60,333 nt of DNA from Moniliella sp. 'wahieum' (Eukaryota): assembly GCA_003971905.1 (NCBI GenBank), contig RSEE01000082.1:248001-308333 (forward strand), in the 5' to 3' direction. Shown in pieces: positions 1-12,100 of this stretch; positions within the stretch are counted from its first letter, which is position 1; each line of letters begins with the position of its first letter. A program made the translations under genes and the position numbers. Below the pieces are notes generated by a model that saw only the letters and a list, made by a program, of their open reading frames with translations, had not been told where the DNA came from and ran no database searches.

Positions 1-1302
1 GATCCCTGTTTTCGTTCTGGCTCCTGCATGACTTCAACGCCCCCAAGGGGCCCATGACGCTTCCAATCGACGGGTTGTGCATCGGCCCCTTCTCAGTCCC
101 TGCAGTCATGTTGAACGAGGCGTCCGACAGAGGGGACGATGAGGATGACTGATGCGTAGGAGCAGTCCCAACCGTAACACAGTCCTCCTGACGCGAGGTG
201 GGAGTGCCTGTCGTCTTGAGAAAAGAAGGATGGGGATGAGAATGAAGTTGAAGCAACAAGCTGACCTCAGATTCATCTGCGTCGTGTCGGAGGACTGCGG
301 AACGGGGAGGCGGAGGCCCTCAAATCCAGAAGGGGAGCTACGTTCGTGGACGCGAAAGAAGGAGGAGGAAGCTGAATTTGAATGAGCCCTATCGGACCCA
401 ATGGGGGGTAAGTTCTTGTGCAGAGCAAAGGAACGAGCTTGGAGGGAACGATGGAGCAGCTCAGCAGGAGTGGAGGAACCCAAGGACAAGTGAGGATGTT
501 GGTGACCCTCGGCTTTGCTCAAGTGCGCAGCAACCGCTTGCTCCACGATCGATTGCCAATCATCAGCGCCATACGCTTCCGCCAGTGCGTACCCCGCGTC
601 GTCCAAAGACGTTTGCAACAACCCAATTTCGATCATTAGGCGCTCGTTGTCCTTTTGCGTGGCAGCCAAGATGCGCTCTTGGTTGCAAAACTCGTCCTCG
701 GCCACATCCAGTGCTTCTTGGTTGCGACGTTGCTCTTCTTGTAACAACAAGAGATGCATACGCTCGGTTTCCTGTAGTTCGGTCTGAAATGCTTGCTCCC
801 TCGCTTGGACCAGCTAGGCAAAGGGGAGAGCGTTAGGACTCTCACACTTCATGCCCCGAGAATCCTCAAGCGACAACGTTACCTGTATGGCTTTCTTGTA
901 GTCATTGGTATGCGCACGTTTCTGATCTTTGAGGGCTTGGATGAGGCGCCGAACGAGGTCCGAGTCCGTCTTTCTTTCCACCTCCAACTCTTCCCACCAC
1001 GACGGCCGGTCGAGGTCGTTCAGTGTGTCGAGTGCAGATGGAAGAGGAGAGGCAAACAGGCTATTGCTGCGTCCTCGCCCACGGCGCAGAGCCGTACCTA
1101 TCACGGCGCCTGCCCCGCCCAGGGCGGGCTTGGGGTGGTGAGGGAAAAAGATACGGGGCTTGATGGGACTGGCGGGGCTGCGCTCGGAACGAGGGACAGC
1201 GGTGAAGAGCATGGAGGAGCGCTGATGCATGCGGGACCGGATGGCGCGTGCAGGTGTCGCGGTGCGCGCAAGGGACGTGGCGGCGGGCTGTGCTGGAGTC
1301 AT
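1..1302 (-). CDS. Hypothetical coiled-coil protein (spliced; probably runs off the left edge)
   Basis: ORFs 814-1302 and 106-759 join across a GTAACG...CTAAC...TAG intron (~814-882); E/Q/L-rich heptad-like sequence. Confidence 0.55.
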
Positions 1303-3519
1303 AGTGGCGGGGAGGGGTGTCAGCGGAGAGTCGGGAGGTGGTGGGACGGGGCCAGGGGCCAGAGGTCAGGGGCCAGGATCGAGCGACGGACAAGCGAGGA
1401 CGTCCAATCATTAATCAAACCACTCGGACGCGCGCGTTCAACGCAACGTTGGGCGCTGGTCTTGGGCCGCGTGGGCTGCGCTAAGGCGCACGTGACCCAA
1501 GCGAATATCCTAGCTGGTTGCCATCGACTCTTCCTATTGGGCTAATACGGGCACTGCGCTTCGCCTACAGATTCGCTTCATGTATCGTGCATCTCCTGTT
1601 CCACGTCCAGCCCCTGCTCCTCTACCGGCCCCCTAATACAGCTCACAAAGCAGATGATGGTGCCCCGTCAGAAGCTTTTCTATGGGTATACATAATGGCG
1701 TGCTGCGTGGCCCCCGAGGCCGGAGGGGGTTATTGGAACCTGAGCATTGGTGCAAACAAGCACCTGTCGTCGGGATGGAAGATCCGAATCGGTGCGGACT
1801 GTCGAGCGACGGGGTGGCTCGCGCTTCTGCCCAACGTCCCTTTGGCCCTCTTCAGGCCTAGGTGCATCCCGATGTTTTCTCTTCAGTCGTTGCTTCTGCA
1901 TTCAGGCCTAGCGTGGCAACTGTGTGACAGTTATGATAGGTATCTCCCTATAGGTGTCGCTGGTTGACTGCGAGGCCACCACTGGTGCGATTATATCACA
2001 CTCGAGAGCCGGCAGCATTCTAGGCGTGAGCTGCTGCACGAAGGAGGAGCAGATGTACCCCGCACGTAGAAGAGACCCTTAGCCCAGACAGTGAGGGAGA
2101 GAAGCGGTATATATCGCTGTCGTCCTTTTTGGTCTATCAGATGCCGGCTGTACTTATCTCTCTGTGTCCTGATTTGCTACCATCACAGAGAGCACGATGA
2201 GAAGAATTGAAGGTATAGTCTTGCAGTTCGACGAAGTGGCTCGCCCAGGGTAAGGCCGGCGGCGAAGGCCACGAGCATGTCGGTAAACACACGATGGGAT
2301 CATTTGGGAAGCAGCGTTATCGATCAACTGCGCCAAAGACATATTAGAGGTACAGGCGATGGGGCAGTGGTTTAGCAGTCTACGACCGAGAGTGACGAGA
2401 TGCGTGAACATTTAATAGGATGAACATCTTAACTGGTGATCTTCTCCTGCGTAGACGGACTGTACCTCCCCCAAGGGAAGTTACCCCCGGGGATGCACAC
2501 CGTAATGAGGTAGTTGAGGAAAACGTGTGCTGTGGTATTGAGACTGCACTGTCGTCGTCTTTGGATTGACTGCAAGTACACCATCTCGATGCACCAGTGG
2601 CCTCTCTCTCTGTTTGGTGCTTGTGGGCTCTCTGTGCTCTGCTTGCTCTGCTCTGCCTCGCTGGCGCCAAAAACGTCCAGACAGTGCGCAGCTAATCGCT
2701 TGAGGATGCGCTTGTTTGGTGTGGCGGTGTGCGATCGCTTATAGTGGCCACGCTCACCAAGTGTTGTTGCAAGCAATCATGGACCCCGTGTCGTCCGCTC
2801 CGACACAGGAGTGCACCGACAGGCCGACAGCGCATCAGAATGGTGGCATCGGCCTTTTGGTCGCCAGTGGCCAGCTCAGCCAAGGCTCAGCCAGGGCTCA
2901 GCCTAAGCCCGCACTGCTTCATGACATGTGCTACGTCCTGCTACACCCCCAATGTGGCCCTGCCGATCCAATACATGCTTGAAGCTTGAAGCTTGACGCG
3001 TGACGGACAGCCATCCTGTGCATCCTGGGCGTCCGGGGGCGTTGGCTTGGCATGGAAGATGTGCGAAGTGATGTAGTGATAGCGCCCAGTGACTGGTGAC
3101 TAGTGACTAGTGACTAGCGACATGTTGTGACATTTGGCACTTGACAAGCACGGCATGTGGCTCTCGTGTTTGTCCAGGTTTGTTCCTGCTGGTCCCTGCT
3201 GGTCCCTGTTGCACCCGGTCGCTAACCGCACGGTTACCCGGGTACCCGTCCTTGGCGCACAGCCCCGCGGGTCCCAGCGCTTGCCAGAAGCGCCAACAGC
3301 TAACAAAAACGTCCCTCCGAGCTTCCCCCATGTCTGTCGGCATACCATGGGAATATCACTGAGACAGTGCCGACAGCTTCGTCGGATGCATGACGCATGA
3401 TGGATCTGATATCAGTGTTCAGTGTGCATTGAGTATCGAGCATCGTTGGGCGGTGACTCGATCACCAATGACGGACGAGTGAGCGTGTGATGCAGCGATG
3501 CCGGCGCCAAGCCAGTTAC

Positions 3520-4011
3520 TGAAAGATTGGGGGCTAGGGCGAAGCACTAGACTAGGCGATCAATGGGTGAGCGCGATGAATCGGTCACACCAATGAGAGC
3601 CCAGAACCGCGGTTGTCCGTTAACTGAGAAGTAGCTACGCTACCAAGCTAAGGACGATTGCACTGTGCAGGGGGAACAGTCAGAGATAGCTTCTTGTAAG
3701 CTCCTGACGCTAGTCCAACCTTCAATGCAACCGCTGGACAAGGACAAGCGCCAGAAGCAGGAAGAGAAAGGAAGAGAGAGAACAGGAAGCTCACCTGTGC
3801 AGGGTGGGAACAGTCAGAGATAGCTTCTTGTAAGCTCCTGACGCTAGTCCAACCTTCAATGCAACAGGGAGAGGAGGAGGGGAACGAGGGCGCGACGGTA
3901 ACCAATCCGGAGCGCGCGAGTTGCGGAACTCTATAGCCAGTTCCGCTTGCCAGCGACATGGCCGATCCAGCCATCACACCAAGTGGTGCCACATGCCACC
4001 ACACTCCAACA
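3520..4011 (-). mobile_element. Solo LTR (492 bp)
   Basis: Minus-strand ends TGTTGG...CTTTCA; 5-bp TSD GTTAC at 3515-3519 and 4012-4016; internal ~70-bp direct repeat (3663-3730 / 3794-3865). Confidence 0.8.
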
Positions 4012-4013
4012 GT

Positions 4014-4105
4014 TACTAGTCACTCTAGTCACTAGTCACTAGTCACTAGTCACTAGTCACTAGTCACTAGTCACTAGTCACTAGCCACTCTAGTCCTAGT
4101 CACTC
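4014..4105. repeat. (ACTAGTC)n heptamer tandem array
   Basis: About 12 mostly perfect units, read directly from the sequence. Confidence 0.95.
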
Positions 4106-4590
4106 TCCCGGCTACCCTGCGAGGGGGAAGCACGTTGCAGCGGACGAGGAATTGTGACATGTGACATGTGACATGATATGTGAATGTGATCAGTTCGATG
4201 GATGGCATTATTCGTAACGCGCAACGCGCACCGCGGGATTGTCGGGATTGATGCAATTGATGCATAATGATTGCACGTTTCACCCAACCGGCAAGGGTTT
4301 CGAATGCCATGTTTTGAGAATTGCAATGGCAGCTTGCAGTACGCAGTGCTCTTGGGGCGGTGCAATGCGTCCGTGCCGTAGAACGATTAACGATTAACGT
4401 TTAACGTTTAACGTTTACTATGTTTAACGTTTATAGTTACTAATTGCTGTCTACTGGTTACTAGTGTTACATGTTACCTTTTAAACGTTCCTAGTTACTA
4501 TTAGTTGGTATCTTTTACGCTTTCACGCAAACAAACACCTTTCAGATGTGCCGATGAGATCGATAAGCCTAAAAGGACCTCAGGCCTCAG

Positions 4591-4845
4591 TGTTAGAGGG
4601 TACTGCTAGGGTTCTCCTGCGCGGCCCTCAATGGATCGGTGACGCTCGCCTAGCCGAGCGGAAGCGTTCCGCTCGCAGGCCGCGCACGCCCTGCTCGCTC
4701 CATCTCCCTTCTCTCTCTCCTTTCTCCTTCCCTTCAGACGTTGCTTGAAGACTTGTGGCTCACCACTTTGCCTTCACGCCTTGTCTGAAGGCTGCCTTGC
4801 AGCTGATCCATAGGATCGCGAGTGCTCCCAAGTCGCACTCTAGCA
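4591..4845. mobile_element. Solo LTR (255 bp)
   Basis: Termini TGTTAGAG...CTCTAGCA (7/8 inverted match); 5-bp TSD CTCAG at 4586-4590 and 4846-4850. Confidence 0.8.
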
Positions 4846-5059
4846 CTCAGGGCTTGACCTCAGGTAAGAAAGAGAAGATTGCCATACAGCCATAACCTGG
4901 ACAGGACTTAAGGCTGTGGAACCAAGAAACGTATAGCGAATGAAAGTGAAAATGAGAGCGCTGGTCATGAACATTGCTGCATTAGTCATTGAACGGACGA
5001 ACATATATATGTAGGGCAAAAAGACGATCATTGATCGATGATCGATGATCATTAATCAT

Positions 5060-5959
5060 CTCAATATTGTGTGCATTCCATTGACAGAGCTTAAGGCTGG
5101 GACAGGGGGAACGCTACGTCTAAACCGAACCGTTCATCTTGCGGGGGTTACTTGGAAGCGCCACCAAGATTAAGGGACCAGGGGGATCGCCAGGATATCA
5201 GGACCCTCCGGCTCACGCCATCTGGTCCCGTACCCTAGGAAGCGCGTGTGGACACGGAGGAACGTGGTTGACATACGAGCGAGGAACCATTTCCACTGAG
5301 ACTTAGTAGCCAACTCCTTCCAATGCGCAAACAACTTGCCCGCCGTCTTGGTGCCGTAGTATCCTCGCGTCGTCAAAACCAGGGGGAAAAACGGTTCTTG
5401 AGTGCGTTCCTGGTACTTGGCGTTCTTGTCGCATTCTGCTTGTTCAAGCAGCCGAAGCAGTTCCTTCTCCCGGCGTTCCAAAGGCGACGCAGTGCTCTCA
5501 TGCACCACCCGCCGGTACGCGCTCTGCGCCTCCTGCGATCCCGTGTCGCGCAGCGTGTGGTCTACCTCCATTCCGGTTCCTCCCAGTGCTCCGGGCCCCA
5601 TCACGCGGTAATCGGTGCGCTGTGCCTTCCGTCCGCGCCTCGTCCCATCCTCTATACCATACAAAATTACTAACCCTACTGGCGTGCCAAGTGTACCACT
5701 TCTGCACCAACAGTTTAGGTCAGCATCGCGTAAGCCCCCGGTGGCGCAGCCACCGGCCACCACTAGCCACCGGCAAGCATCAGTGATATTATTCTGTCTC
5801 TCCAGCGTGGAAGGGTTCCAGACTGGAACGGTGGCCGGTGGAACGGTGGCTACGGTGGCGATGGCGTACCGGGGGAACGGTGGCTAAGGTGGCGACGCAG
5901 CATCAAGCTGGGGCTTCGCCCCAGCTGACCGAGCCGGAGGCCCGGTGGGCTCCTCGTTT
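5060..5959 (-). mobile_element. Non-autonomous non-LTR retrotransposon (CRE/MoTeR/Cnl1-like) retaining only the restriction-like endonuclease C-terminus
   Basis: ORF 5170-5763 has REL-type motifs RTDYRV...VDHT...KNAKY...FFPLVLTTRG; 12-bp TSD ATCATTAATCAT at 5048-5059 and 5960-5971; both ends match the element at ~55985-56375. Confidence 0.75.
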
Positions 5960-7653
5960 ATCATTAATCATTCGAAGTGGCGGACCGAGCCAGGACCGAT
6001 GAATAGCGGTACATATAGACCGACGCAACCAACTCTTAGATCTTATCGATTCACGCGCCCCAAACTACACAGCAACCCCATTTATTATTTTTGTGGCACA
6101 ATAACTTTGGTCTTTTGTTTGTGCGGCAGCAGCCGTTCTATCATGCAACCCACCGCGTAGTACAAGTGACATTCGGTGTCCATGTCATATCATGGTGCAT
6201 TATTCAGCAACCCCAAAAGATCCCAAAAGAGAGGCCATCTTCTGGCAGCGCTACACGAGAGATGCCCCAACCGATCCTAAAAGTTCGTGTGGATGCCACC
6301 CTGTGTAGTCCGGGTGGACAAAACAAAGATATCTATTGTATCGCACGGCAGGAAAGCTCTGATTGACACGTTAAACGTTGAACGTTGACGCGTTGACGTA
6401 TCGCCGGTCCGGCGAGGACGTATTTAAGACACAAAACAGAGCTGCCAAAGCTCAAAGGCGCGTCGAGGAGAGACCATTTTTGCATGACCTCTCGGACCGC
6501 GCAAGGAACATTAGGACAATGTTCCTGATCGATGGTCGCTGCTCCACAGGCTCCACATATGTTACAGCTATAGGACACGCCCTTAATGTGGTACTCGAGG
6601 CTCCGACTTGAAGGATCCGACTTGTAGATGACAGTTAAATGCATTGCACACAATGCGCTCCAGTGGAGGCTAGGGAATAGCCTTGCCCTCTTCATCAGGA
6701 AGGAACATCGGAAGGCATATGAACCGACACGAGGGGAACCGGGCTGAGCTATCGGCCACACACTTAGGCACCTGTGGCCTGTATATGGACCTCTGCCTGT
6801 AGACCAGGCTCTATCGTACCCCCTCTTCGGACGGAGTCCTGAGTTCAGTACTGAGGGTTCTAACTGAGAACTGATGACTGATGTACAGCTGCCTGAGGCC
6901 GGCCTGAGGTATAATCGATAACCGGTAAATGTTTCCTGAAAATGCACGCCTGAGATTGAGATGGCGCTTCCACTTGCGTGGCAGTTCATGCATCATGGGA
7001 CTGCGACAATGCCCAGATCGATCATGGATCATCGGTCATTCTTTGACATCGTCAGTGATGCATGATGATGATGCATGATGCGTTTCGAACTGCAGCTGTC
7101 GCACGTCGAATGTCACATGTCACATGTCACATGCATCACGCGTCATGCAGTCAGTGTACTCAGCGTCAGCAGGGGCCCGGCACTGTCACGTCCAAATGGC
7201 ACACAGGCTGAACAGGCAAATGCTTGTGACATGGATCATCGATCAGGCTGCATGCTGATCGATGCATGCCTGATGATTTCCTGATGCATGACAGCGCTGC
7301 AAACAACCATGTCCCACACCCAACAAACATGTCCGGCGCCACACGCCACCCCTTAGCCACCGGCCACTCACGCGTGCCCATGAGCCTTTCAGCTCTGAGC
7401 TGAGGTGGACGTACCGCGTAATAACATTGTGCTGAATTTGGAATTGGCACGCGCCAGAGGGGACAACGTGGGCTCCCCTTTGGTCTACCCGGCTGTGCCC
7501 TCCGTCCAGTGTCCACTAGTCACTGGTCCTGAAGGGCTTGAGTGCATGTGTACTGCGTACCGAACGCATCAATTTGCAAGGACGGTGCTAAGCGCTAATC
7601 GCTAACCACTTGGTAGTCAGTACTCAGTGTACTCAGTAGCCATTGTTCCTGGG

Positions 7654-7813
7654 TGTTGACATCCGTCCTAGGACCGCGCGGACCCTGAGTCACGTGAGTC
7701 AGCTTTCATTCCTTCCGAGCTCGCACCAGTCTTCTGGACGAGTCAGTCGCAGAAGCTTCTTAGTCCAATACGACGTTCAGTGCTCACATTCTGTGGTAGT
7801 AGCGAGGCCGACA
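7654..7813 (+). repeat. 5' LTR of the copia element
   Basis: Direct repeat of 12553-12711. Confidence 0.97.
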
Positions 7814-7865
7814 GAGTTACATCCTTATCTGCTCATCCCTGAGCTGGCCAAAACTACACCCAACC

Positions 7866-9113
7866 ATGGGCGCCAACGCTAACACCGATCTCTCGGTCAG
7901 CGACACCACAATGGTGAACAAGCGCGATTACTGGACACCAACCGGTCGCGATCCGCCACCGATTGGCACCGACAACGAGGAACTCATGATGCTTTGCGCC
8001 GAAGCGCACCTGTGGTTCAAGAAGACGAACGACATCGATGTCGTTAAAGAGAAGATCAACAGAGCTATACACGACAGAGCCGAGTGGCTTGGATGGAAGG
8101 ACGAACCTACGTCTATCACGACAAACTGGGTTCGACGGGCTACGAATTTTGTGGTGCAAAACATCCACCAAATGGAAACTCAACCCAACGCAACTTTGGG
8201 GGCACCTACAGGCGCAGCCTCGCGACCCGAGTACGACCTTTACAGATCACTACGCGAGTCTCCCACCAAGAATATCAAGTGGCCTGATCTGAACAAAGAC
8301 CCGTCCGCCTACAGCGCTTGGGAAGACGAATTTCTCTTCGCGATAACAGATGCCCACCCCCACGCAAGCGACGTCGTCCAGAATGGTCGCAGCTCCCGCT
8401 ACTTCACCGAGGACCTCGACAGACGCTTGCACAACCTTCTTAGGGAAGCCATGCCGTCAACCCTCTTCCGGACGATCCGCACCCACCACGAAATATCATG
8501 CACCCAGGACACGCTGAACATGCTGCGTCAGCGGTATGGATATACGCCTACCGCAAACAGAGGGCCTCTACTCATTCGCTACTTTTCGGCCGACCAAGGA
8601 AACCGATCGGGTCGAGACTACCTCGACTACATGGAAGAGATCAGTGCAAGCCTGACGCGAGCGGGCATCCCACTTACGGAAGAGCAGGAACGCACTGGGA
8701 TCCTACTCGGCTTACGCGACATGAGCATTCGCCAGCGTGAAGAGCGCTCGAGTCTAGACAAGTTACGGCAGGCCGTGATGGACATACCAGCCGCCACGTA
8801 TCCCGGTGGAGAAAGGAAGAGAAACGGAGGCAAGCCGGTCAACGGAGGAACGCCTTGGACTCGACCCGACAGCGGGGGACGACCCACCAGCGGGGGAAAA
8901 AACTCCAGCGGGGGCAAAGCCGGCGACGACAACCTCGCGGACACAAAGACCAAGGGGCAAGACCGCACCAACCAACCCTGGCGCAGCGCGACGTCTAATA
9001 AACCTGTTGTCCCTCCGCGCAACCCAGGCCGAGCCAACGCTCACGTCGCTCAGAGAGCGAGCTCTCCCGAGTCTGAAGTGATTGACGTTGATGCGGGCAC
9101 AGCTGACTACTAG
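7866..9113 (+). CDS. gag: Copia Gag
   Basis: 415-aa ORF after the 5' LTR with a copia-Gag-like core (YSAWEDEF...LRQRYG...YLDYME...ILLGL); ends in TAG; no CCHC knuckle seen. Confidence 0.85.
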   Translation: MGANANTDLSVSDTTMVNKRDYWTPTGRDPPPIGTDNEELMMLCAEAHLWFKKTNDIDVVKEKINRAIHDRAEWLGWKDEPTSITTNWVRRATNFVVQNIHQMETQPNATLGAPTGAASRPEYDLYRSLRESPTKNIKWPDLNKDPSAYSAWEDEFLFAITDAHPHASDVVQNGRSSRYFTEDLDRRLHNLLREAMPSTLFRTIRTHHEISCTQDTLNMLRQRYGYTPTANRGPLLIRYFSADQGNRSGRDYLDYMEEISASLTRAGIPLTEEQERTGILLGLRDMSIRQREERSSLDKLRQAVMDIPAATYPGGERKRNGGKPVNGGTPWTRPDSGGRPTSGGKNSSGGKAGDDNLADTKTKGQDRTNQPWRSATSNKPVVPPRNPGRANAHVAQRASSPESEVIDVDAGTADY

Positions 9114-12100
9114 GAACTCGGGGGCGAAATGCGAATCATCCGGGCATTATATGACAGTGGGGCATTCCCATCCATTTGGAAAGACAAATCCGTCTTCACA
9201 TCCATGACCCCTTGCGACGACGAGATAGAGGTTGCTAACGGGACACATGTAAAGGCGGAAGGACGAGGCACGGCCACAATCCGTATCCGATGCTTAGGAG
9301 GACACCAAATGGAGATAAAACTCCCCAACAGCCTATACATGCCCCGTTTCAGCCGAAATCTCGTCAGTGTAGCACACCTGTCGAACACCGGAATCGCATC
9401 ATACTTCGCCCCACACCAGAAGGGTATCTGGCTTGGTAACCCAGGATCCACCCTACGAAAAGTAACCGGCAGTGACTATCAATTCACGATCTTACACAAC
9501 CCGCGAACGCCACCCACACCCCTGCGGGCCATGGCGACCAAACCGATCAAACCGGCCGACCCACCCTCAACCCCAAACTCCCTCGCAGCATCCCTGGCCC
9601 TGGACCACGTCTCTAAAGCCCACAAACGCTGGAACCACGCAGCCATCGACCTCCTCCCCTGGCTTACACGATCGGAAACCGCAGGCCTCCGCGTCACAGC
9701 CAAGCATATCTCCCTCTGTCGTTCAGAGTGGGATTGCCCAACATGCGCGGTGGCACTAGCGACAGCATCGCCCCATCCGAGCCGGGACCGCCTCCGATCC
9801 AAAAGACCTTTCGAGGTCCTCCACGTCGACGTAGTAGACCTCCCCCGGGTAACCGGCATGGGGCACGGATACGCCCTCGTCGCCGTTGATGACTTCACGC
9901 GGTACGTCTTCACCACAGCGATCCCGACAAAGGGCGCTGCAACGAAGGAACTGCGGAACCTCATATTGCGGGAGCAACGCTACGGCCCGGACAGACTGCT
10001 GCGGACTTTGCGCACGGACAACGCCCCCGAATTGACAAGCGCACTGCAACCTTTTCTGGACGAGCAAGGCATCACGTCAGAACGGACAATCCCGGGGCAG
10101 AGTGCTAGCAACGGTGTGGCTGAGCGTGCCATCCGAACCATAACGACTCGTGCAAGGCAGTTGCTCTTGGGTACAGGTCTTCCGACGTCGGACTGGTGGG
10201 AACACAGCCTCCACGCTGCGTGCTTCACCCAAAACCAAATGCCACTCAAAACATCCGGGGAAGACAACAAATCGCGATTTGAGCGATACAAAGGCCACGC
10301 ATACTCGTTACCGATGCAACCCTTTGGCCGCGTTGCATACCTCCATCTGCCCGAGTCACGCCGCGAGCACAAGCTCAGCGCGCGGGCAGAGGAAGGTATG
10401 CTGGTAGGATACCACCATCAGCGCGGATCAAAGGGATGGCTCTTCGCCACATACCAACCATCCCTGGGTACCTTCACCTACCGCTGGTCGAAACCGTACA
10501 AATGGGGCAACGCCATCTACCCCCATCTCCACCCCGACCACTTCCCACCCGACATCTCCAAATCTCAAATCCTCAAAAATCGACAGTGAAAAAGACGCTA
10601 ACCCTACTCCGCCAGCCGCGGCAGCACCCATGCCCCGAACCGCCGCCACACCCCAGACACCCGCTCCCACCACCACCCCCCCTCCGCGCCGCTACCCCCT
10701 CCGCCAGCGCACCACCCGCACCTCCCTCGACCTGCACACACTCCCAATCGCTGACGACCCCACCGACACGACCTACCATGCTCGTGCTGCAGCCGCCACG
10801 CCCCACTGCGCCGCACCAGAGATCGGCATCGCCCGCCCCCTACCTGACACATCCGCCCCCCCGTTTGCCGACACAGTTCAACCTCCCGAATACGCCGCCA
10901 TGACTGCTCTCAGCGCACCCATCCACCCGGACACGGTTCAGCTCACCAAGGATGGCGTACCCCTCGCTCCCAAGACGCTCAAGGGTCTCGAGACTCACCC
11001 CTCCTTTGCCATGGTCAAGCAGGCTATGGCCGACGAGGTGGCCACACTCGCGCGATACGGCACCTACGAGGCTACGTACCCACCACCGGGTGCACAAATC
11101 CTCATAGGACTATGGCGCATCACCACAAAGACGGACGCCGAGGGCCGGTTCCTGCGCCACCGCGCGCGCTTTGTCGCGGGCGGACACCAACAATCGGCCG
11201 AGACTTGGGGCCAGACGTTCGCACCATCGGTGCGCACACCTGCCATCCTGACCCTCGTCGTGCTGGCCGAGAAGTATAAGTTTGGCCTCTTCTCGGCGGA
11301 CGTCAATGCAGCGTACCTGAACGCCCCCCTCGAAGAAGCAGTCTACATCCGCCCACCCCCCTACTTCCCCGAAGCGGGTGGTCGCGTGTGGCGTCTCAAG
11401 AAGAGTCTATACGGGCTACATCAGAGCGGAGCAAACTGGGCACGATACATCCGGAACCTGCTGCGTGACAAGCTCGGCTTCACGCAAAGCTTGACCGAGC
11501 CCTGCTTGTTCGTGCGCGCTGCACCACCGGGTGAGCAGATCCTCCTGGCGGTCCACACCGACGATCTGCTCCTCGCATGCAAGTCACACCAAAAGTACGA
11601 GGAGTTTATGGCCGAGATAAACACACACATTGATGTTCGTGGTAACGGTCCCCTTCACTACCACCTGGGATGCCAATACGATCGGATCGGTGGGGAGCTG
11701 TACCTGAGCCAACCAAAGTTCATCGAGGAAGTGGTGGCAAAGCACCACATCAAAGCCCCGTGGATCCGGACTCTCCCACATCCCGTACGGATGATACCGC
11801 CCCGTGCCGACCCTGAACCCCCATCCCTCCCAGCCTTGCGCAAGGCATATCAGGGGAAGATCGGATCGGGACTGTGGGCTGCACGAATGGGCCGGCCTGA
11901 CTCCCTCTTCGCTATCACGGCCCTCAGCAGAGCCGCTGCCGACCCATCGCAGCAGCATCATCAAGCAGTCGATGACTTCCTTCGCTACCTGTACCATACT
12001 CGAGGAAAGGGCCTGAGGTTGACCCCAACATCAGATGCACCGGCCATTGCGCTGTATACAGATTCCGACTTGGCGGGAGATCCCATCCAGGCACGCTCCA

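Noticed and set aside
1945..2900. Degenerate LTR or transposon remnant
   Set aside because: No matching termini, TSD or recognisable protein motif found
10560..10630. Programmed frameshift between integrase and RT
   Set aside because: Falls on an A5 homopolymer in an assembly full of similar indels; no precedent for this position that I know of
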